Below, piece by piece: positions 26,915-35,100 of a stretch of DNA of 64,000 bases; the first letter of the stretch is position 1, and each line of letters opens with the position of its first letter. Below the pieces are notes generated by a model that saw only the letters and a program-made list of their open reading frames with translations, made no database searches and was not told where the DNA came from. The DNA comes from Candidatus Brocadiia bacterium (GTDB lineage Bacteria > Planctomycetota > Brocadiia > SM23-32). The stretch lies in NCBI GenBank assembly GCA_046538485.1, contig JBKHIT010000015.1, positions 19,926 through 83,925 of the forward strand. The letters are read 5' to 3'. The position numbers and the translations under genes were made by a program.

Positions 26915-27934
26915 ATGAGCTGGCAACGAGACATCGTGGATTTGAAACGAGAATTTAAGCAGTACAGTCAGGATTTTATGGCCATCCTGAAACTTGCGCT
27001 CGTGGTTGCTATTCTTGGAGTAATCGCCTGGTTTTTGCTGAGTTCCTTCTATACGGTCGATGCACGTGAACAGGCTGTAATTCTTAGATTTGGGAAGGAG
27101 AGTGGAATACGGGAGCCCGGGTTGCACTGGAAACTGCCTTTTGGGATCGACAAAGCGAAGAAAGTCGCTGTGCGGGAGAAAAAGCGCCAGGAATTCGGAC
27201 TGCGAACAAAAGAGGCGGGTGTGCGAACGGTCTATATGCAAGAGACGGAAGAGATTCTTGAAGAGGGGCGGATGCTGACCGGCGATCTGAACATTCTGGT
27301 GGTTCCCTGGATTGTTCGCTACCGCGTGTCCGATATTCGTAATTACCTTTTTAACGTGTGCAATCCAGAGATAACTCTCCGGGATGTTTCCGAAGCCGTT
27401 ATGCGCACTATTGTGGGTAATAGTTCCGTGGATGAGGTGCTTACCACGGATCGTGAACGTGTCCAGGCCGAAGCGCAGGTCCAGATTCAAGATAAACTGA
27501 ATGATTACGAGATCGGCATCGACATTCTGAGCGTCAGGCTTAAAGATGTTACACCGCCCGAGCTTGTGAAAGATGCGTTCAACCAGGTGAATCAGGCCCG
27601 TCAGCGGAAAAAAACGATTGAAAACGAGGCGATCGCAGAAAGAAATAGTAAAATTCCGGAGGCCAGTGGGAAAAAAGAGCGTATGATCGAAGAAGCCCGG
27701 GGGTATAAGGCCCGACGGGTGAACGAAGCGGAAGGGAATGTGGCCCGCTTCACGAAGCTCTTGAAAGTGCATTCGGTAGCGCCGGATATTACGGAGCAAA
27801 GGCTGTATTTTGAGGCCATGCAAGAAGTGTTTCCGAAAGCGAGACAGAAATACGTGATCGATTCAAAGTCCGGAGATCTACTGAAATTTCTTGACTTGCA
27901 CGGTGAGGGCGAACAGAAAGGGGCCAGAAGATGA
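26915..27934 (+). CDS. hflK: FtsH protease modulator HflK (SPFH)
   Basis: N-terminal TM, EQAVILRFGK, PGLHWKLPFGID, MLTGDLN, VKDAFNQV and APDITEQRLYFE. Confidence 0.92.
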   Translation: MSWQRDIVDLKREFKQYSQDFMAILKLALVVAILGVIAWFLLSSFYTVDAREQAVILRFGKESGIREPGLHWKLPFGIDKAKKVAVREKKRQEFGLRTKEAGVRTVYMQETEEILEEGRMLTGDLNILVVPWIVRYRVSDIRNYLFNVCNPEITLRDVSEAVMRTIVGNSSVDEVLTTDRERVQAEAQVQIQDKLNDYEIGIDILSVRLKDVTPPELVKDAFNQVNQARQRKKTIENEAIAERNSKIPEASGKKERMIEEARGYKARRVNEAEGNVARFTKLLKVHSVAPDITEQRLYFEAMQEVFPKARQKYVIDSKSGDLLKFLDLHGEGEQKGARR

Positions 27935-28956
27935 AAAAGATACTGACGGGCGGAGCAATAGTGGTGATTCTGGTTGTGGGCGCCATTGTGGTCTTCAGCG
28001 GGTTATATGTCGTCGACGAGACCCAGCAGGCTGTCGTAACCCAATTTCGCGAGGTGGTCAACATCGTGAAAGAACCGGGTTTGAAATGGAAAGTGCCATT
28101 TATTCAGAAGGTTTCGTATTACGAAAAACGGCTGTTGGAATGGGACGGAGATCCCAACCAGATTCCTACGGTGGGGAAAAAATTTATTAGAGTCAATACC
28201 TGGGCCCGGTGGCACATCGTCGATCTGGAAAGGTTTTATAACGCGGTCCGCGATGAAATGGGAGGACATGCTGTTCTTGACGACCAAATCGAATCAGCCC
28301 TTCGAAATCACATCAGTGGTCTTGTTTTGGAGGAGGCGGTACGGAGCAGCAGTCGTGAAATGAAGTATGTTACGAAAGAAATAGAAGAAGCTCAGGAAAC
28401 CAAACAACAGATCGATGTGGGGCGTAACGAGTTACTGAAACGCGTTCGCGAAAAAGCTAATAACGGATTGCGAAAAGAATACGGCATGGAATTGGTGAAC
28501 GTTCAGATCAAACGAATTAACTATGTGGAAAAAGTCCGTCAGGATGTCTACGCAAGAATGCGCTCCGAGCGAAAACGTATCGCTGAAAAATATCTTTCTG
28601 AGGCTCGCCAGAAAAAGCAACAAATTCTTGGCCGGATGAACCGAACCCTTGAAGAACTGGAATCGGAAGGTTACAGAGAAGCCGAAACGATCAAAGGGGA
28701 AGCCAATGCCGAAGCAGCCCGTATTTACGCAGAAGCCTACGGCCGTTCGCCGGAGTTCTATGGGTTTATGAAATCTCTGGAGACATACCGTAAAACCATT
28801 GACGATCGAACCACCCTTATACTGGGGACGGATTCGCCGTACTTCCGTTATTTGAAGGGTGTGGAGACGGACCGAAAAACGAGTGATCAATCACCGGAAG
28901 GCCTTAATGAGAGAGGGGTGACTGAAGGGCAGCCGAATGAGAAAGAAGAAAAGTAA
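27931..28956 (+). CDS. hflC: FtsH protease modulator HflC (SPFH)
   Basis: VVDETQQAVVTQF, PGLKWKVPFIQ, RMRSERKRIA and PEFYGFMKSLETY; ATGA overlap with hflK. Confidence 0.92.
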   Translation: MKKILTGGAIVVILVVGAIVVFSGLYVVDETQQAVVTQFREVVNIVKEPGLKWKVPFIQKVSYYEKRLLEWDGDPNQIPTVGKKFIRVNTWARWHIVDLERFYNAVRDEMGGHAVLDDQIESALRNHISGLVLEEAVRSSSREMKYVTKEIEEAQETKQQIDVGRNELLKRVREKANNGLRKEYGMELVNVQIKRINYVEKVRQDVYARMRSERKRIAEKYLSEARQKKQQILGRMNRTLEELESEGYREAETIKGEANAEAARIYAEAYGRSPEFYGFMKSLETYRKTIDDRTTLILGTDSPYFRYLKGVETDRKTSDQSPEGLNERGVTEGQPNEKEEK

Positions 28957-29013
28957 GCTTTGAGCTGCCAGGGTGAACGGCGAAGCTGGGCGGATGCATA
29001 GGGAAATGGCATT

Positions 29014-29436
29014 ATGACCGAACCGAAGTGGCAGGAAATCAACCATACAGCGGATCTTGCACTCCGTGTCCGAGGAGATAGCTGGGAAGACCTTCTGACA
29101 AATGCGGCGCGCGGGATGATTGATTCTGTGCTCGATCCTGAAAAAATTCGTCCTGCGCAGGAAAAAGAAGTGAGGGCGAATGCGGATACGCGCGAAGGGC
29201 TGATTGTTGAGTTCCTTGAAGAAATTTTGTTTGCTTTTGATGCCGAAAATTTCGCTCCCCGCAACGTTGAGTTGAATCACGCCACGGAAAAATCTGTCCG
29301 AGCAATTCTGAAAGGAGAAGGTTTTAACCGTGAACGGCATGAAATTCGAAATGCCATCAAGGCTGTGACATGGCATCAACTTGAGGTGTTATATCACGAT
29401 GGAAACTGGGAAGTGACCATTATTTTTGACGTGTAG
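29014..29436 (+). CDS. Archease (RtcB cofactor)
   Basis: HTADLAL, IKAVTWH and C-terminal IIFDV signatures; directly upstream of rtcB. Confidence 0.92.
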   Translation: MTEPKWQEINHTADLALRVRGDSWEDLLTNAARGMIDSVLDPEKIRPAQEKEVRANADTREGLIVEFLEEILFAFDAENFAPRNVELNHATEKSVRAILKGEGFNRERHEIRNAIKAVTWHQLEVLYHDGNWEVTIIFDV

Positions 29437-29489
29437 TTCGTTTTGGGCAAGAATTTGACTGGTGAGGATGCGGAGACAGGATAAGACCC

Positions 29490-30944
29490 ATGAATGACGA
29501 GAAATTTGAGATTACACGAAGGACCGACCTGCTCTGGGAAGTGCCGCGAACTGGAGACATGAACGTTCCGGTCAGGGTTTATGCCGACGGAGAGTTGTTT
29601 GAGAACATTCGGGATGACGGCGCATTGAAACAAGCCGTGAATGTCGCGTGTCTACCGGGGATTGTCAGGGCCTCTTTTGCAATGCCCGATGCCCACTGGG
29701 GATATGGTTTTCCGATCGGCGGCGTGGCAGCTTTTGATTCAGATCATGATGGAGTGATTTCGCCCGGGGGGATTGGCTTCGATATCAACTGTGGTGTCCG
29801 CCTGCTTCGGACCGATCTCCGCAAAGACGACGTGAAGAAACAACTGAATCGACTTTTGGATGCGCTTTACCAGGAGGTTCCGTGTGGTGTCGGTTCCAGT
29901 GGTGGAATTAGAAAATTGTCTTTTTCTGATCTTCGAGATGTGATGCTCCGAGGAGCGGGCTGGGCTGTGGAGCACGGATTCGGCCGGCAAGAAGATTTGG
30001 AGAGGACAGAGGCGGAGGGGGCGCTCGATGGTGCGGATCCTGATCAGGTGAGCAATAAGGCCGTCAAACGCGGTTGCCCGCAGGTCGGCACGCTTGGAAG
30101 TGGCAATCATTTTTTAGAAGTTGAGATCGTGGATGAGGTCTTCGATGAATCCGCTGCGGATGCATTCGGCGTTCAAAAGGGGACGATTGCTCTTCAAATA
30201 CACTGTGGATCGCGCGGTTTTGGCCACCAGGTCTGCAAAGATAACCTGAAACGAATGCAGTCTGCTTCAAATAAGTACGGAATTAAATTGCCGGATAAGC
30301 AGCTCGCTGCGGCACCGTTGGAATCACCGGAGGGGCGACAGTATTTCGGTGCCATGGCGGCGGCGGCGAATTTCGCGTGGTGCAATCGCCAGGTTATATT
30401 GTCGCTCGCGGAATCAGCTCTGGAGAAAGTGTTCGGGGGCGACCGGGACGCGCTTGGGCTGCACCAAGTTTATGATGTCTGCCACAATATCGCCAAATTT
30501 GAGGAACATCAGGTTGACGGGGAGAACAAAACGCTGTGTGTCCACAGAAAAGGTGCAACACGTGCGTTCCCGCCCGGCCACCCCGAAGTGTCTGAACCAT
30601 ACCACGACGTGGGCCAGCCGGTATTGATTCCGGGAGACATGGGATCCCATTCGTATTTGCTGGCCGGCGCGAGTCAGGCGATGAAGGAAGCGTGGGGAAG
30701 CTCGTGTCACGGCGCGGGGCGAACGATGAGTCGGAGGGCGGCAAAACAAAAAGCAGCCGGGCGAAATTTGGAAAAAGAACTGAGTGATCAAGGTGTCATG
30801 GCCAGGGCCGAAGGACGCACGACCCTGGCTGAAGAGATGCCATACGCTTACAAAGACATAGAATCCGTCGTCTCGGTCATGCATGAGAGCGGCATCGTGC
30901 GGAAAGTCGCCCGTTTAAAACCGATCGCTGTTGTGAAAGGATAA
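29490..30944 (+). CDS. rtcB: RtcB RNA ligase (long, archaeal/eukaryote-like type)
   Basis: MPDAHWGYGFPIGG, DINCGVRL, GSGNHFLE, HCGSRG, HNIAK, HRKGATRA, SSCHGAGR and EEMPYAYK. Confidence 0.95.
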   Translation: MNDEKFEITRRTDLLWEVPRTGDMNVPVRVYADGELFENIRDDGALKQAVNVACLPGIVRASFAMPDAHWGYGFPIGGVAAFDSDHDGVISPGGIGFDINCGVRLLRTDLRKDDVKKQLNRLLDALYQEVPCGVGSSGGIRKLSFSDLRDVMLRGAGWAVEHGFGRQEDLERTEAEGALDGADPDQVSNKAVKRGCPQVGTLGSGNHFLEVEIVDEVFDESAADAFGVQKGTIALQIHCGSRGFGHQVCKDNLKRMQSASNKYGIKLPDKQLAAAPLESPEGRQYFGAMAAAANFAWCNRQVILSLAESALEKVFGGDRDALGLHQVYDVCHNIAKFEEHQVDGENKTLCVHRKGATRAFPPGHPEVSEPYHDVGQPVLIPGDMGSHSYLLAGASQAMKEAWGSSCHGAGRTMSRRAAKQKAAGRNLEKELSDQGVMARAEGRTTLAEEMPYAYKDIESVVSVMHESGIVRKVARLKPIAVVKG

Positions 30945-30947
30945 AAT

Positions 30948-31937
30948 ATGCCTGAAGAAGCCCTTTACTATGAAAAACTTTCAGACAATAAAGTTCAGTG
31001 TAAGCTCTGCCCGCACCAGTGCGTTATCGCCGACGGTAAGAGGGGTTTTTGCCGTGTTCGGGAGAATCAGAATGGGCAGCTCCAGGCTTTGAATTACGGG
31101 CTTGTTGCATCTGTCGCCATGGATCCTATCGAGAAAAAACCGCTTTACCATTTCTATCCCGGCACTCGGATCCTCTCGCTCGGACAGGCCGGATGCACAT
31201 TTCATTGCCAGTTCTGTCAGAACTACTCTCTGCTCGATCCCGATATCCCACAGCAGTCGTTGCCTCCGGAACAAGCAGTGGCGATGGCAAAGCAGGAGAA
31301 TTCTCTGGGCATTGCCTATACCTACAATGAACCTTACGTGGGATTCGAATATGTTCTTGATACGGCCAGAGAAGCAAAAAAGGCGGATCTGAAAAATGTT
31401 CTGGTTACGAACGGATATTACATGCCCGATCCCTGGGAAAAACTGTCTCCGCTGATCGATGGTATGAATATCGATTTAAAAAGCATGCGGGACGAGTTTT
31501 ACAAAGAATACATAAATGGGGGACTGGCTCCTGTGCAGCAGACGATCAAATCGGCGCTTCAGAAAGGTATCCATGTGGAGCTGACGACGCTGCTGATTAC
31601 AGGTCTGAACGATTCTGAAGAAGAAATGCGGGAACTCGTGGGCTACGTTGCGGGTTTGGATCCTGATCTTCCGTTGCATTTGTCACGTTATCATCCGGCC
31701 TACAAAATGGACCGCCCGGCAACCCCACCAGAGACTTTGAAGCAGGCCTACGAAATAGCCCGCGAACAATTGAATTACGTATATATCGGCAACATTATGG
31801 GAGTCGGTGGGACGGATAGCGAGTGTCCCAGGTGCGGGGCAGTTCTCGTAAATCGATCGGGTTACAGCACGCATATTGTGGGGCTCGAAGGAAATAAATG
31901 CGGCGAATGCGGCGGAGAGGTCAATTTCGCAAACTGA
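30948..31937 (+). CDS. amrS: AmmeMemoRadiSam system radical SAM enzyme
   Basis: CKLCPHQC...GFCRVREN, DPIEKKPLYHF, CTFHCQFC (CxxxCxxC), AYTYNEP, YVYIGN and C-terminal CPRC...CGEC. Confidence 0.9.
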   Translation: MPEEALYYEKLSDNKVQCKLCPHQCVIADGKRGFCRVRENQNGQLQALNYGLVASVAMDPIEKKPLYHFYPGTRILSLGQAGCTFHCQFCQNYSLLDPDIPQQSLPPEQAVAMAKQENSLGIAYTYNEPYVGFEYVLDTAREAKKADLKNVLVTNGYYMPDPWEKLSPLIDGMNIDLKSMRDEFYKEYINGGLAPVQQTIKSALQKGIHVELTTLLITGLNDSEEEMRELVGYVAGLDPDLPLHLSRYHPAYKMDRPATPPETLKQAYEIAREQLNYVYIGNIMGVGGTDSECPRCGAVLVNRSGYSTHIVGLEGNKCGECGGEVNFAN

Positions 31938-32138
31938 CTGGATAAATGCAGGGTGGCACGGGGAACGGCTATCTGTTGGATTTGTCAGTGAGTGAAAAAT
32001 GCCCGGCCGTAGCGAGTCGTTATGAGATAGGGTGGGAAACGAGTTGTCGATCAGCACCCTGGCTGTTTATAATAAAGTATTAATTCAGCTCTGGACGATT
32101 CAACGCCCAACCCTTTTTCACGCTACTGTGAAAGAAAT

Positions 32139-35100
32139 ATGTGCAAGCTATATCTTTCTCCCACCATTGTGTTTTTGGTTGCATGTGTTGCCTTATCTCC
32201 CGCCGAGGCCGGGGCTCCGGAACCATTCAAAGTTGACGGCCATACGTACGTTCCGGTCGGCAAACACGGAGGGGGGGCGTACACGATTCGGCTGTCACTT
32301 GCACCTTCAAAAGGTCAAAAAACGCTGAAGGGCTTTGGGATTTTGTTTGCGGGCAATCGGTCGGGGGAGGGATACTGGCTCAGCGCGACGGAGAAGGAAT
32401 GGGAGCTTCTCAGGCGTCAGGGCTCGGCGAGAGACAAAATTGCCGCCGGCAAAACGAATTCTATTCTTGCCGGGAAACGAGTCGAGGTGAGGATAAAAAA
32501 ACATCCGTGGTTGCTGGCAATAGCATTCAACGGGAGAGTGGTCTGCGAGGTGCCGGTTGATTCTCAATCGGGCGGGCTTGTGGCTGTGGACGTTTCCCGG
32601 AGTTCGCCCGCATCGCCCCCGCTGATTCAGGATTTGAGCGAACTGAATTTTTCCGAACAGTTTATGCGCGCGGAGGACGAACTTGATCTGAAAAAATCAA
32701 AGGTATGGAAAATACATGCAGGGAAGTGGCAGATCCACTCGGTGCGCGAAAATGTGGAGATCATGAATGTTGAGAAACTTCCGGAGGGGCGGAAACCCCA
32801 GATAAACCGTTCACCCAATCCTTTTTCTGTGAGTGGATTTGCGAAAAAAACGGGGCTGATTCACACGGGCAAGTGGTTTTGGGATGATTATAAGGTGAGC
32901 ATGTCTGTGCGCAACCGTGGCGCTGACGCGATTGGTCTGGCGTTCAACATATCGGATCCGAAGAATTATTTCTTGCTGCGTTGGGAAAATAACGCGGAAT
33001 ATTTCAAACCAACGCCCATGGAGCTTGTTGAAGTCAAAAATGGGAAGAACGCGGTTATCCGTGAGGTGTGGGTGAATGGCCAACGCGATGAATGGTTTAA
33101 TCTCGCTGTGCGCACATGCGGAACGCGTGTTCAGGTTTTTCTGGACGAGGCCGAGATAATGGACCTGCGCAACGACAGGATAATCGGCGGTGGTATCGGA
33201 CTGTATGTGGAGGGAGGCAGCGAGAAAGCGATGGCTTATTTCGATGACGTGCGGGCGCGGACTTTGAAACGGATCGATTTTACGGACCCCCAACTGATTG
33301 ACAACTGGCCTGTTGAGCGCAGTGGCAAATGGGAGCCGAAATCGGTGGATCGCCAGCGTAGACCTTCCCAGGTTGCCCCACGACTTAAAAGTAAGAATGG
33401 AGTCCTTGTTTTTGGCACAAAAGCCTGGCCTGCGCCCGTCATACGGGCGAAAATCCCCGTGCCGAATGGATCTCAAAAAACAGGATTTTTACTGGGTTCT
33501 GATCACGCTGGGAATGGAAGATTTCGAGTGACTGTGGGCCGGGTCGGTAAGAACCTTTCACTCGCAATTGAAGATCAGAGCGGTGGCAAGACAAAAAAAC
33601 TGGCCTTCTGCGAGGACATCCCTGTTTCTGACCGGAAACGGGTTACCTTAGAAGTCGATGCGACCCGCGAGGGGGAGATCAACGTATGTCTTGACGATAC
33701 GCTTCAGTTGCGGACCGTCCGGGCTGTTCCGGCCGGAGGAAAAGCAGGAATTTTTGCGCAGAATGCAAAAGGGGTTTCTTTCGAGGGGCTCCGGGTTCTG
33801 TTTACGCGGGAGGAAGATAAGGAGCGATTGCCGGCTGAGGAGACCTTTAAGGATGATCCCTACATGAAACACTGGTCAAGTGCGCAGGGATCGTGGTGGC
33901 CGGCTGGAGAGGGTGAAGAAGGTTTCTGGCACGTGGGTGATTTCTACGGGCGGTCAGACGTCGAGATACCACTGAAAGAGGGAGTCATTTTTGTTTATGC
34001 GGCAAAAGAGATCAGTCGTGTGGGGGGGTATGCCCTGGTTCAGAAACGGATGACCGCGAATGATTCGGCCTTCTATCGTCTTACTTTGTTGCGTAAGGGC
34101 CAAAAAGTCGCGGAGGCCGATGTTAATTCTGACAAAGCTCCGGATGATAAAATTGTCTTTCATAAACATGATCGTTACCTCTGGGTGACCGTCGGGACGA
34201 AACAGCTCTTTTGTTTCCGCGATCCCGATCCTTTGCCCGAGACGAAAGTAGCTGTTTCCGGCATCAGTGCGGATGACCTGGCGGCGTTGGAGATTCATCG
34301 TTATCAAGTGCGGGACGAGTATTTCGAACAGGCCACTTCCGACTGGCTCACCGTCGGGCGGTGGGATGTGACCACTCGGTTCACGTGCGACCCCAGGTGG
34401 TCACACATGGCCTGTATGACGGACGCAGCTGGGGTCCTGATGAGTAAATTTGAGTATGAGGGAGACCTGACTGTTGAAGCTTTCATGGGCATGCGAATGC
34501 ATCCCGGTGGCCAGCATTATCCCCGTGTGGGCGATTTGAATCTTGCATTTTCCCGGAATATCCGTGAACTATCCAGCGGCTATTCATTTGTTGTTGCCGG
34601 TTGGGATGAGTTCTGGAGTGAGCGGGCAACGTATCTTATGAAGGGAACGACGCAGCTGGCGTATTGCGGCGAGCGTTTGTTGCCTGCCATGCGTCGTCCC
34701 GGCGAACGGAAACGGGTTATCAACGTCCCCTGGATTCGCGGAGGACGGGATGTTCATGGTGCGTGGTACTACGTGAAAGCCCGGAAGCAGAGAGGGGAGT
34801 TGGATTTTTATGTCGATAATCATCAGGCCTACCGTTTTCACGATCCCCAACCGATTGAAAAAGTGAGACCAGCCGTCTGGACTTACAACGCATGGATCGT
34901 AGTGGCTCGAATCAAAATCTCCTACCAACGTCGGGTCATCCCGGGAAGATTGGTTGCTCCTCCGCAGCAGCAGAAAAGTACCGGTTTGCCTGCGGGTTGC
35001 AAACTCGTATCCGAGACGCACCCGGGGTTTTCTGAAGGATTCGAAGGCAAAGACTCAGTCTGGCAGACATCTGACAAAGAGCAGGGGGGGCAACCTGAAA

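Noticed and set aside
31954..31972. TGGCACG as a sigma-54 promoter for the giant protein
   Set aside because: No TTGC at the required -12 spacing.
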